Positions 8,071-16,510 are shown, counted from the stretch's first letter. The stretch is 24,000 nt of DNA from Sedimentibacter saalensis (GCF_007830175.1 NZ_VLKH01000004.1:322399-346398), one strand, 5' to 3'. The notes: a model not told the origin generated them from the letters alone. Translations and numbers: made by a program.

Positions 8071-8787
8071 TTATTCTTCATTCCACTGCTTCACAAGAGC
8101 CACTGCATAATCCTTTTCAATTTTAGATACTTCCTTGTTGTCTATGAGTGCTTTCAGCTTGTCATCACGTACCCATTTGCACATTTCTCTGCTGTAACCG
8201 TAATAATCGTGCTCGTTTGTCTTAACAATAAGCTCTTTGTTTTTGTCAATATAATATGTTGCAAACAAATCAGCATAAATGTCTGTAAATTCCCAGTACA
8301 TTTCATAGTCAAACAACGGTTCAAAAACATCAAGAAGTTCTCCGTAGTACCAGCTTTGTTTTTCCTTTGGTCTGTTAAAACGGGTCCATACTTCTTCCTG
8401 CATAACAGCATAATCTGCCTTAATGCTTCTTAAATTTGAAAGCTTGTCGGCCAGAGCCAAAAGCATAACATCCATATCCGCTTCCCTGCCAAGGTAATCA
8501 ATTGTGTGCTGCTTTCTTACTTCCCATGATTTTGACTTATCTTCTGAACAAGCAGCTACAATTGCTGCAACTTCACTTCCAAATTCTCTTTCAATGTCGT
8601 CTATTTCAACATGGGTGTCTTCCACAGTGTCATGGAGAAGTCCAGCAATTATGAGATTTTTGCTGCATTTGTTTTCTGTGAGTATGTGGGCAACCTCAAA
8701 TGGATGCACTATGTAAGGAGCATCTGAGCCTTTCCTTACCTGGTTTCTGTGAGCTTTCGCTGCAAATTCAATAGCTTTATGTATCAT
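8071..8787 (-). CDS. RelA/SpoT-type HD hydrolase, (p)ppGpp hydrolase-like (small alarmone hydrolase family), with a C-terminal extension
   Basis: AIEFAAKAHRNQVRKGSDAPYIVHPFEVAHIL...IIAGLLHDTVEDT matches the HD_4/SpoT hydrolase signature. There is no synthetase domain. Confidence 0.8.
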   Translation of the reverse strand: MIHKAIEFAAKAHRNQVRKGSDAPYIVHPFEVAHILTENKCSKNLIIAGLLHDTVEDTHVEIDDIEREFGSEVAAIVAACSEDKSKSWEVRKQHTIDYLGREADMDVMLLALADKLSNLRSIKADYAVMQEEVWTRFNRPKEKQSWYYGELLDVFEPLFDYEMYWEFTDIYADLFATYYIDKNKELIVKTNEHDYYGYSREMCKWVRDDKLKALIDNKEVSKIEKDYAVALVKQWNEE

Positions 8788-8821
8788 TTTATCACTCCGA
8801 AATTTTTATAATTTTTATATT

Positions 8822-9322
8822 TTAACCGACTTGAAGGACATTGTTCTTTGAAAGCCATTCCTGCAAGGGCCTAATTAATTCTTCCTGTTTAAGCACTTCC
8901 TTCATCTTCGACTGAACATAAAAAACATCAGCAATATTTCCGCCTTTTCTTTCAATGCGCTCAGTCATTGATTTAATAACTGCTGTTGGTTCCTTTTCAT
9001 CAGCCAGCGTCAGGAATATATAAACATTCTTATTTTTAAAATTCATGCTGTGAATGATGGAATTTAAAGGCGTTGAACTGTGGCCTGCCCACACCTGGCC
9101 TCCAATAAAAATATTGTCATAGCCGTCATCATTCAAATCCGTGCTTTTGATTTTGCCTTTAAGCCCAATTATTGATGAAAATGCTGCCCATGCAAAGCCT
9201 GCTGCTTCCGGTTCCTTGACCATTTCGATTTTTTTAAGCTCCCCTCCGGTCAAATTTGATATTTCCTTTGCCACAGCTTCAGTATTGCCGCTTAAGGTGT
9301 AATAAACAACTAAATTCTTCAT
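8822..9322 (-). CDS. flavodoxin-family protein
   Basis: N-terminal FMN phosphate-binding loop VVYYTLSGNTEAVAKEIS. RBS GGAGGAG. Confidence 0.7.
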   Translation of the reverse strand: MKNLVVYYTLSGNTEAVAKEISNLTGGELKKIEMVKEPEAAGFAWAAFSSIIGLKGKIKSTDLNDDGYDNIFIGGQVWAGHSSTPLNSIIHSMNFKNKNVYIFLTLADEKEPTAVIKSMTERIERKGGNIADVFYVQSKMKEVLKQEELIRPLQEWLSKNNVLQVG

Positions 9323-9402
9323 TGCTCTCCTCCATTATATTGAGACTGTATCAAAATTTCCTTCTGCATTGCAATAGCTGTAAAATATTGTATCCTATTC
9401 TA

Positions 9403-9430
9403 TTATTATCTCTAATTTCTTTCTTGTCAA
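9403..9430 (-). promoter_or_regulatory. putative sigma-A promoter for the flavodoxin-to-macro gene run
   Basis: On the minus strand: TTGACA (9430-9425), a 16-nt spacer, then TAATAA (9408-9403). Confidence 0.4.
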
Positions 9431-9482
9431 CAAAAAGGCTTAAATTCTTAAATATTTGCAAAGAATATTTTAGTTTTAATTG

Positions 9483-9511
9483 TTGAAAATATATACTGTT
9501 AATGATATACT
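9483..9511 (+). promoter_or_regulatory. putative sigma-A promoter for the DUF1846 gene
   Basis: TTGAAA (9483-9488), a 17-nt spacer, then TATACT (9506-9511). RBS AGGAGA at 9531-9536. Confidence 0.45.
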
Positions 9512-9544
9512 CTTCTTCATGTATAAAACGAGGAGAACTTATTT

Positions 9545-11029
9545 ATGAAAATTGGATTTGACAACAATAAATACTTAAATATGCAATCTGAACACATTAA
9601 AGAAAGAATTGCACATTTTGACAATAAGCTTTATCTTGAATTCGGCGGGAAATTATTTGACGATTACCATGCATCAAGAGTGCTTCCGGGCTTTCTGCCG
9701 GACAGTAAGCTGAAAATGCTGTCTCAGCTCAAAGACCAGACAGAAATTATCATTGCCATAAATGCCGATGCAATAGAAAGCAACAAAATCCGAGGAGATT
9801 TGGGAATTACTTATGACGATGATGTTTTTCGTCTTATAGATGCATTCCGCAACATGGGATTTTTTGTGGGAAGTGTTGTTATAACTCAATACACAGAAGG
9901 CGCTGCAACAAAACAGTTCCGCCGCAAGCTTCATGAACTGGACATCAAATCATATCTTCATTACAAAATAGAAGGGTACCCAAGCAACATTAAACTCATT
10001 GTAAGCGATGAAGGCTATGGCAAAAATGATTATATCGAAACTGAAAGACCTTTAGTTGTTGTAACCGCTCCGGGACCTGGAAGCGGAAAGATGGCAACAT
10101 GTCTTTCACAGCTTTACCATGAAAACAAGCGCGGTGTGAAGGCTGGATACGCAAAGTTTGAAACTTTCCCTATCTGGAACCTGCCTCTTCACCATCCGGT
10201 TAACATAGCATACGAAGCAGCAACAGCAGACCTTAACGATGTTAACATGATTGACCCGTTTCATCTGGAAGCATACGGCAATCCTACAGTAAATTACAAC
10301 AGAGATATTGAAATATTCCCTGTATTAAATGCAATATTTGAAAGTATTTTTGACAAGAGCCCTTATAAGTCCCCAACAGACATGGGTGTTAATATGGCAG
10401 GAAACTGTATCACTGACGACCAGGTGTGCAAAGATGCTTCCAAACAGGAAATCATAAGAAGATACTACCAGGGCCTTTGCGACATAAAAAGAGGACGCTG
10501 CTCAAAAGATGTTCTTTACAAATTGGAACTTCTCATGAAACAAGCAGGAGTTTCGGAAAGTGACCGCAAAGTTGTTGAACCTGCACTCAAGCGTGAAGAA
10601 GAAACAGATTATCCGGCAGTTTCCATAGAACTTCATGACGGTCAGATTGTAACAGGCAAGACTTCAGATTTGCTTGGAGCTTCAGCAGGAGCTCTTTTAA
10701 ATGCCATAAAAACTCTTAGCGGAATTGATGATGAAGTTCACCTTGTTTCTCCTGAAGCAATAGAACCTATTCAAACATTGAAAACTTCTTTTCTGGGAAG
10801 CTGCAATCCAAGACTTCATACAGATGAAATATTGATTGCACTTTCTGTGAGCGCTGCAAACAACCCGGAAGCAAGACTGGCACTTGAACAGCTTCCTAAT
10901 TTAAAAGGCTGTGAAGTTCATTCAACAGTGCTTCTTTCATCTGTTGATGAGCAAATATTCAAGAAACTTGGAGTTCATCTAACTTGTGAGCCTAAATACG
11001 AATCCAATTGCATATACCATAAACATTAA
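9545..11029 (+). CDS. UPF0371 / DUF1846 family protein
   Basis: Full-length similarity, from memory, to the streptococcal/clostridial UPF0371 family: LYLEFGGKLFDDYHASRVLPGF, VVTAPGPGSGK, GYAKFETFPIWNLPLHHPVNIAYEAATADLNDVNMIDPFH, NYNRDIEIFPVL. Confidence 0.9.
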   Translation: MKIGFDNNKYLNMQSEHIKERIAHFDNKLYLEFGGKLFDDYHASRVLPGFLPDSKLKMLSQLKDQTEIIIAINADAIESNKIRGDLGITYDDDVFRLIDAFRNMGFFVGSVVITQYTEGAATKQFRRKLHELDIKSYLHYKIEGYPSNIKLIVSDEGYGKNDYIETERPLVVVTAPGPGSGKMATCLSQLYHENKRGVKAGYAKFETFPIWNLPLHHPVNIAYEAATADLNDVNMIDPFHLEAYGNPTVNYNRDIEIFPVLNAIFESIFDKSPYKSPTDMGVNMAGNCITDDQVCKDASKQEIIRRYYQGLCDIKRGRCSKDVLYKLELLMKQAGVSESDRKVVEPALKREEETDYPAVSIELHDGQIVTGKTSDLLGASAGALLNAIKTLSGIDDEVHLVSPEAIEPIQTLKTSFLGSCNPRLHTDEILIALSVSAANNPEARLALEQLPNLKGCEVHSTVLLSSVDEQIFKKLGVHLTCEPKYESNCIYHKH

Positions 11030-11035
11030 AATAAA

Positions 11036-11056
11036 TCCCAAGCATTGCTTGGGATC
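11036..11056. terminator. terminator hairpin, copy 1 (ATCCCAAGC-ATT-GCTTGGGAT)
   Basis: 9-bp perfect stem, 7 nt after the DUF1846 stop. The T-tract is only on the minus-strand side (the plus strand reads AAAATAA before the stem). Confidence 0.5.
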
Positions 11057-11081
11057 AGACTATTGAAAAACCCCCGACGCT

Positions 11082-11157
11082 GTCATCCTGAGTGAAGCGA
11101 AGGATCTCATCTTTACTTAAAACATGAGATTCTTCGAGCAAGCTCTCAGAATGACAA
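11082..11157. repeat. REP/MITE-like imperfect palindromic element
   Basis: The left arm TGTCATCCTGAGTGAAGCGAAGGATCTCAT (11082-11111) is the imperfect reverse complement of the right arm ATGAGATTCTTCGAGCAAGCTCTCAGAATGACA (11125-11157). The GTCATYCTGAG...GAAGRATCTC motif resembles, from memory, a dispersed palindromic repeat seen in many anaerobe genomes. Confidence 0.6.
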
Positions 11158-11186
11158 CGTCCAACATAAACTTTGTTATCAACCTA

Positions 11187-11208
11187 ATCCCAAGCATTTG
11201 CTTGGGAT
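11187..11208. terminator. terminator hairpin, copy 2 (ATCCCAAGC-ATTT-GCTTGGGAT)
   Basis: Same 9-bp stem as copy 1, with one extra T in the loop. On the plus strand it is followed by TTTCATTATTTT. It lies 4 nt from the alaX-like stop. Confidence 0.5.
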
Positions 11209-11212
11209 TTCA

Positions 11213-12400
11213 TTATTTTAAAAGCATATCTTTTGCAATTTCCAGGCACTTTGCCCCGTTTGACTTATCTCCTGTGCACTGAAGAAGGAAGTTGTTTCCT
11301 CCTCCTTTTCCGTTCATAATAACTCTGCATTTTTCAAATATATTCTTAATGTCATAATTCATGTTTTTTGACTGACCTATTACAAGGCTGCATCCAGTAT
11401 CAGCTTCAGAAACCATTACTGCCACATAGTCTTCATCCTCAGTAATCTTAGAGCAAATATATCTTAAGTCCTTTACATCCTCATCTGACACTGAAAATAT
11501 ATACTTTAAATTTTCCTTCTCTATGGCATTTGTTTTTAAATCTCTTGCCTTATATTCATTGATACTGTTCTTGAGATTGTTCACATCTTTTTTTAATTGC
11601 TTGTTTTCATTAATAATTTTTTCAAAATTATCCATGATCATGTCTGCCCTGCAGGTCAAAATAGATGACAGAGCTGAAATATTTCTGTTTTTGATTATGT
11701 AGTCACCAAGTGCCCTTTTCCCGCAAAGGAATTCCACTCTTGTTCCCTGCTTGTATTTTTCAGTCTTTGTAACCTTTATAATTCCTATTTCTCCTGCATT
11801 TCTCACATGAGTTCCGCCGCATGCTGAAATGTCGCAGTCCTGGATTTCAATTATTCTCAAAACATCGAGTTTCAGAGGATCTTTTCTGAGATCAAGCTTC
11901 ATTGCTTCTTCATAGGAATAATTTTTAGCGACAACAATTTTATTATCATAAATGATTTTGTTGCACAATTGTTCCGCCTGTTCAATCATATCTTCAGTGA
12001 GAGGTATGTCCAGATCTATTGTTGTATAATTATCGCTCATATGAAATCCCACAGTGTTTCCGCCGAACAAGTGAGAGACAGAATATGAAAGAATATGCTG
12101 TCCTGTATGCTGCTGCATATAGTCAAACCTTTTGCTGAAATTTATGTTAAGTTTAACTTTGCCGCTTATTTCATCCTTCAGAATGTGTACAATTTCATCG
12201 CCACATTCCTGCACATCACATACATCAATGTTGTTTATTGTTCCTTCATCCTTTGGCTGTCCGCCGGACATGTGAGGATAAAATATTGTTTTGTCAAGTA
12301 TTGCCTCATAAAAATCATCTTTTTTAATACAGCTTATAACTTCTGCTTCAAGTTCAGTAAGGTAGGAATTTTCCTGATAAATTTTTTCGCTTGTCTTCAT
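11213..12400 (-). CDS. alaX: alanyl-tRNA editing protein, AlaX-L type (tRNA_SAD editing domain + DHHA1-like C-terminus)
   Basis: Zinc and editing motifs HTGQHILS and CGGTHV. The start is placed at the ATG at 12400 (MKTSEK...), which has a GGAGA RBS 4 nt upstream, rather than at the TTG at 12418. Confidence 0.8.
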   Translation of the reverse strand: MKTSEKIYQENSYLTELEAEVISCIKKDDFYEAILDKTIFYPHMSGGQPKDEGTINNIDVCDVQECGDEIVHILKDEISGKVKLNINFSKRFDYMQQHTGQHILSYSVSHLFGGNTVGFHMSDNYTTIDLDIPLTEDMIEQAEQLCNKIIYDNKIVVAKNYSYEEAMKLDLRKDPLKLDVLRIIEIQDCDISACGGTHVRNAGEIGIIKVTKTEKYKQGTRVEFLCGKRALGDYIIKNRNISALSSILTCRADMIMDNFEKIINENKQLKKDVNNLKNSINEYKARDLKTNAIEKENLKYIFSVSDEDVKDLRYICSKITEDEDYVAVMVSEADTGCSLVIGQSKNMNYDIKNIFEKCRVIMNGKGGGNNFLLQCTGDKSNGAKCLEIAKDMLLK

Positions 12401-12473
12401 CTTGTCTCCTGTTAACAAATTATTATATTATTAATATAACACATTTTCACAAATAAATGAACAACAACTACGC

Positions 12474-12498
12474 AACAAAAAAGCGGCACATGCCGCCG
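12474..12498 (-). terminator. bidirectional-looking terminator downstream of the NlpC/P60 gene
   Basis: GCGGC-ACAT-GCCGC stem flanked by AAAAAA on one side and TTTATTTATTTT on the other. Confidence 0.5.
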
Positions 12499-12503
12499 TT
12501 TAT

Positions 12504-13286
12504 TTATTTTATAACTCTTGTTGCTCCATAGTAATATTTAGAAAAATATCCTGATGACAATGTGTCAAGTTTTACAGTTTGTCCAGGTATTGGAGAATGT
12601 ATAAAGTTTCCATCTCCAACATAAATTCCAACGTGATTCAGATTATACGAAGTTGATGAATACTTGAAGAAAACCAAATCCCCCGGCATAAGCTCAGATT
12701 TTTCAACTCTTACTCCTATTGAATACTGATCAGTAGAAGTCCTTGGCATGTCAATACCGAAATTAGCCATTACATATTTTACATAACCTGAACAGTCAAA
12801 GCCGCTAGGTGAACTTCCTCCCGCCACATAAGGAGTGCCGATGAACTGTTTTGCGTAATCTACCACGTTGCTTCCTGAAGGTGATTCTGTAGATTTATCT
12901 ATTATTTTCACATATTCTGCAAACACATAGGCTGTTGCAGAGTTGTATTCTATTTCATACCAGCCGTTGCTGAGAGTTTTTATATTGAATGTGCTTCCTA
13001 AGGAAAGTTTCCCTAATATTTCTGTATCTGTTGAAGGACCGCTTCTTACATTAAGTATATTTACAGTAACTTTTCCCTGTTGAACAGGTTCTTGAGGAGT
13101 TGTTTCCTGAATTTCAGGTACTTGAATTTCTACTGATTGAACTTTATTGTCTTCATTTATGATTTCTGCTTGACTGTTTTCCTGTGTATCTAAATCATCA
13201 GCATTAATTTCTGTTGCAAATGCAGTTGTACATAGCATTATAGATGTTATTCCCGCAATGATAATCGTTTTCCTGAAATTGTTCAT
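12504..13286 (-). CDS. secreted cell-wall hydrolase: signal peptide + SH3b + NlpC/P60 (C40) peptidase
   Basis: Signal peptide MNNFRKTIIIAGITSIMLCTTAFA. SH3b-like segment VNILNVRSGPSTDTEILGKL...GWYEI. Catalytic GFDCSGYV and HVGIYVG. Confidence 0.85.
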   Translation of the reverse strand: MNNFRKTIIIAGITSIMLCTTAFATEINADDLDTQENSQAEIINEDNKVQSVEIQVPEIQETTPQEPVQQGKVTVNILNVRSGPSTDTEILGKLSLGSTFNIKTLSNGWYEIEYNSATAYVFAEYVKIIDKSTESPSGSNVVDYAKQFIGTPYVAGGSSPSGFDCSGYVKYVMANFGIDMPRTSTDQYSIGVRVEKSELMPGDLVFFKYSSTSYNLNHVGIYVGDGNFIHSPIPGQTVKLDTLSSGYFSKYYYGATRVIK

Positions 13287-13445
13287 AATTTACCTGCTAT
13301 TCAGAAGAAATGAATAGTACTCCCTTTTCTAATTTTTCCGGATTGAATTTCCATTGCCAAAATTTCTTAAAATTATACTGAATCTAAATGGTCTTAAAAA
13401 TTTTAAAGTAAGATATTTCGACATTGAAAACGTATAACTTCAATT

Positions 13446-13474
13446 ATTTTATCAAAAAAAGGAGAATTTGTCAA
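13446..13474 (-). promoter_or_regulatory. putative sigma-A promoter for the NlpC/P60 gene
   Basis: On the minus strand: TTGACA (13474-13469), a 17-nt spacer, then TAAAAT (13451-13446). This would give a leader of about 150 nt. Confidence 0.5.
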
Positions 13475-13498
13475 TGCAAATATCATTTTCTCTTAATC

Positions 13499-13828
13499 TT
13501 ATCCCAGTTTATCACCTTTCTCAACTGTTCTTTCAGGCTGTATAAGAACTACCCCTCCCTTTGAATATGTACCAAGTACAAGCACCTCCGAAATAAAATC
13601 TGCTATCTGTCTTGGAGGGAAATTTACAACTCCAAGCACCTGACATCCTATTAAATCTTCTGCTCTGTAAAAATCAGTTATCTGGGCACTAGATTTTTTA
13701 ACTCCTATTTCATCTCCAAAATCAACCCAAAGCTTGTAAGCTGGTTTTCTTGCTTTCTCGAAAAATTCAACCTTGATTATTTCTCCCACACGAATATCAA
13801 TTTTACTAAAATCATCAAATGTTGCCAT
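13499..13828 (-). CDS. csaA: CsaA-like tRNA-binding (EMAP/OB-fold) domain protein
   Basis: FSKIDIRVGEIIKVE...KPAYKLWVDFG...KSSAQIT is characteristic of the CsaA/Trbp111 family. The start is placed at the ATG at 13828, which has a GGAGGG RBS. Confidence 0.75.
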   Translation of the reverse strand: MATFDDFSKIDIRVGEIIKVEFFEKARKPAYKLWVDFGDEIGVKKSSAQITDFYRAEDLIGCQVLGVVNFPPRQIADFISEVLVLGTYSKGGVVLIQPERTVEKGDKLG

Positions 13829-13914
13829 ATACCCTCCATTGTCCAATGTTTTCTTATTATTATATCACATTATATTTGTTTTCATATTGTTTTTTACACA
13901 TACGCATCATTACA

Positions 13915-13946
13915 TTTAAAAAAATAAACGCCTTAGAAAGACGTTT
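13915..13946 (-). terminator. rho-independent terminator downstream of the GGDEF/HD-GYP gene
   Basis: On the minus strand AAACGTC-TTTCTAA-GGCGTTT forms a 7-bp stem including one G-U pair, followed by ATTTTTTT. Confidence 0.55.
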
Positions 13947-13955
13947 AATATTATT

Positions 13956-15653
13956 TTAGTTTAAATCAAGCATATTTCTATTATTACTAAGCATTCTAAT
14001 AAACTCTTGAACCATGTCCGGATCAAACTGCGATGAACTGCACGTTATCAGTTCCTCTACTGCCTGCTCATAGGTTTTTCTTTTGTGATATGGCCTGTTT
14101 GAAGTCATGGCATCAAAACTGTCAGCCACACTTAGTATCCTCACAAGATAAGGTATTTCATCTCCCATTAATCCTTTAGGATATCCTGTTCCGTCATACC
14201 ATTCATGATGGTGCAATATAAGAGGCAGCACTTCACTTAGAGCAGTAACAGTCCTTACAATCTGTGCTCCGTTTTCAGGATGTGTCTTGAGCAGATTCCA
14301 CTCCTCATCTGTAAGCACGCCTATTTTGTTTAATACATCCTTGCTTATTTGAATTTTTCCTATATCATGTAGATACGCTCCATACCTCAATGTCTTTCTG
14401 TCATTGTCAGAAAGATTGAGATGGTTTGCCATAAGTTCGCAGTAAATAACTACTCTGTCTGTGTGAGCATATGTGTAACGGTCCTTTGCATTGATAACAC
14501 TTATTAGAGTTTTTATGGAACTTATTAAATCAATATGTTTTTCGTCAATATCCTCTTTCAATTCTTCCAACACTGAATAATAACTTTCAACTCTGTTTTT
14601 ATTGAAAAACTTTGCCCTGTACAAAGCATCATCAGCAGTATTGATTAGTTCTTTTTTGTTTTTAGCCTTTATGGGATAACATGAAACACCTATAGAAATA
14701 GTCAAATTTCCGTTAGGTTGATTTTCTTCACCTTCAAAATGTGTGTTTTCTACAGCATCTCTTAATCTGTTTCCTATTTCAACAGCTTCTTCCTCGCAGG
14801 TATCCGGCAATATAATTGCAAATTCTTCACCGCCGTATCTAGCAATCACATCATTTTCTCTTACATTTTTTTTGAATATTTCTCCGAACTTATTCAGCAC
14901 AACATCACCTGCACTATGGCCATAAAGATCATTGTAATATTTGAAATGGTCAATATCAATGAATAAAAGCCCCAGTACCTTATTTGACTTGTCTGCTTCA
15001 TGAATGTGCTCGGACAATGAATTTTGGAAATATCTGTGGTTGTATACGCCGGTCAACTCGTCAATATTTGCCAGATGCAATGTATTTTCTCTGTGCTGGT
15101 TTTCAAGTTTCACATAATAACCCAAAAGCCATGCCATTATCACAAATACTCCTGACAGCACCAAATCTGCTTCAAAATATTTGTTAACACCGGTTTTATA
15201 CCCCAGTAAATCTATTATCAAAATAGCAACAGAGCTTATGACAGCAGTTGTTATGCCAGTATTGAAGCCATATTGAATTGTATTTGCAATTATTATAAAT
15301 AAATACAGGAATTTGTACTGGCTTTCATGGAATCCTGATATACAAATCAGTCCTGTATATATGGCCATAAAAACTACACTTTCTATGAGGCTGCTTATAT
15401 TATACACTTGTTCAATCTGATCTTTTTTAAAACTGTGCAGCCATCCCTCGCATATGAGAACAAAAATTCCAAACCCTATGAAGTTTAAGGCAACAATGTT
15501 ATTTCCAATTGTATTGCTCACCCACGACATCATATAAAGGTTTTCTGGAAATTGTGTAAATATAACAATACCACATATCAAAAGAGAAATGAGCTTTAAT
15601 ACAGACAACATGTCGTATAATTTTTGTTTTCTATTTATGTCAATTTGCATCAT
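13956..15653 (-). CDS. polytopic membrane protein with GGDEF diguanylate cyclase and HD-GYP phosphodiesterase domains
   Basis: The N-terminal 190 aa or so contain about 5-6 hydrophobic helices. The GGDEF domain has an intact GGEEF motif and an RxxD I-site (VRENDVIARYGGEEF). The HD-GYP domain has HTDRV, YLHDIGK and HHHEWYDGTGYP. The start is placed at the ATG at 15653, with an AGGTGA RBS 5 nt upstream; the GTG at 15662 lies inside that RBS. Confidence 0.85.
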   Translation of the reverse strand: MMQIDINRKQKLYDMLSVLKLISLLICGIVIFTQFPENLYMMSWVSNTIGNNIVALNFIGFGIFVLICEGWLHSFKKDQIEQVYNISSLIESVVFMAIYTGLICISGFHESQYKFLYLFIIIANTIQYGFNTGITTAVISSVAILIIDLLGYKTGVNKYFEADLVLSGVFVIMAWLLGYYVKLENQHRENTLHLANIDELTGVYNHRYFQNSLSEHIHEADKSNKVLGLLFIDIDHFKYYNDLYGHSAGDVVLNKFGEIFKKNVRENDVIARYGGEEFAIILPDTCEEEAVEIGNRLRDAVENTHFEGEENQPNGNLTISIGVSCYPIKAKNKKELINTADDALYRAKFFNKNRVESYYSVLEELKEDIDEKHIDLISSIKTLISVINAKDRYTYAHTDRVVIYCELMANHLNLSDNDRKTLRYGAYLHDIGKIQISKDVLNKIGVLTDEEWNLLKTHPENGAQIVRTVTALSEVLPLILHHHEWYDGTGYPKGLMGDEIPYLVRILSVADSFDAMTSNRPYHKRKTYEQAVEELITCSSSQFDPDMVQEFIRMLSNNRNMLDLN

Positions 15654-15680
15654 TTTTATCACCTGCTTTGCATGTCCAAT

Positions 15681-15706
15681 AAAAAGGGGTCATAAGACCC
15701 CTTTTT
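15681..15706 (-). terminator. intrinsic terminator or attenuator between agrD and the GGDEF/HD-GYP gene
   Basis: The minus strand reads AAAAAGGGGTC-TTAT-GACCCCTTTTT followed by ATT, overlapping the agrD stop codon. The GC core is 6 bp, flanked by an A-tract and a T-tract. Confidence 0.6.
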
Positions 15707-15842
15707 ATTCTTCTCTTAATGATTTAGGTTCTTCTGGCTGATACATTCCCCACCAGCAAGCTGAAGCAGTAGTTGTTGTAGCTAAAAATGACAACATTAC
15801 AGCTGCTAAAGTCATAACCTTCAATACTAGACCTTTTTTCAT
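15705..15842 (-). CDS. agrD: AgrD-type cyclic (thio)lactone autoinducing peptide precursor, 45 aa; not in the supplied ORF track
   Basis: Hand translation gives MKKGLVLKVMTLAAVMLSFLATTTTASACWWGMYQPEEPKSLREE. It has an amphipathic/hydrophobic leader, a single Cys followed by 4 residues (CWWGM), then an acidic YQPEEPKSLREE tail typical of clostridial AgrD. Its ATG overlaps the agrB TGA stop (ATGA at 15842-15839). Confidence 0.8.
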   Translation of the reverse strand: MKKGLVLKVMTLAAVMLSFLATTTTASACWWGMYQPEEPKSLREE

Positions 15843-16510
15843 TTGTTCGCCCTCCTATTTAGTATAGTCGTACCCCCCATAAACGTATCTAAAGATTCTA
15901 TAATTATGTGTCCAAGAGATACCAAAGTTATAGATTGCCATAAAATACCTGTGGATATACATACGGCAACAGTTAAAAAATTAATGTTATTTGTAAGTAC
16001 ATAAGCATATGTCATAACTATGTTTACAGCCAACATGCTTAAAGTAAACATCAAAGACTGCTTTTTAAGTCGTTTTCTTTTATCCGGATTTTTTAATGGT
16101 TTGTTGACACTGCCAACAGGACAATATTTAATCATAACATAGAAAACAAAAGCAAACTCTAATGCCATTAATCCAATTAAATATACAAATTCAATATTAA
16201 TCATCAGATGTTTTACCAAAAGTCCAAGAACACAAAATATAATCATTCCAATAACAGCACAGTTCAATGGTTTAGTTGCATGGACTCCGCCTGAAAACTT
16301 CCTTAAAATTGCCGCTGCAAAGGAAATAATCATAGATTCAGCAAAAACCCCTAACAAAAGACCAAAAGCAGCAATTGCAAAAATAGACAATACAGTCTGA
16401 ATTAGTGCAAACGCTCCGTAGGCAATAACCTCTTCCTGGTCATGTCCAAGGGATAAATTTGAAGAAACAACTGAAGCAAAGGATTTAGAAACCTTGTCAA
16501 TCCAACTCAT
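15839..16510 (-). CDS. agrB: AgrB, accessory gene regulator B (membrane peptidase that processes AgrD)
   Basis: Polytopic membrane protein with LRKFSGGVHATKPLNC. The catalytic His and Cys are 7 residues apart, as in staphylococcal AgrB (H77/C84). RBS AGAGGA. Confidence 0.85.
   Translation of the reverse strand: MSWIDKVSKSFASVVSSNLSLGHDQEEVIAYGAFALIQTVLSIFAIAAFGLLLGVFAESMIISFAAAILRKFSGGVHATKPLNCAVIGMIIFCVLGLLVKHLMINIEFVYLIGLMALEFAFVFYVMIKYCPVGSVNKPLKNPDKRKRLKKQSLMFTLSMLAVNIVMTYAYVLTNNINFLTVAVCISTGILWQSITLVSLGHIIIESLDTFMGGTTILNRRANK

Noticed and set aside
7189-8433. Plus-strand ORFs 7189-7551 (120 aa) and 8047-8433 (128 aa), and minus-strand ORFs 7740-7934 and 8154-8411.
   Set aside because: They are shadow frames of the HD, GNAT and SAH genes. 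Their sequences are Phe/Leu-rich and low-complexity, and they have no start signals.
13287-13440. Leader of about 150 nt upstream of the NlpC/P60 hydrolase, checked for a c-di-AMP (ydaO) riboswitch because cell-wall hydrolases are frequent targets.
   Set aside because: The leader is very AT-rich and lacks the G-rich conserved segments of ydaO. Only a small 7-bp hairpin (CTATTCA...TGAATAG) next to the start codon is visible.
15653-15680. Possible independent promoter for the GGDEF/HD-GYP gene (TTGGAC, then 15 nt, then TAAAAA).
   Set aside because: Both hexamers are poor matches, the spacer is short, and the -10 would abut the start codon, requiring a leaderless mRNA even though a good RBS is present. 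It is kept only as the alternative to read-through.
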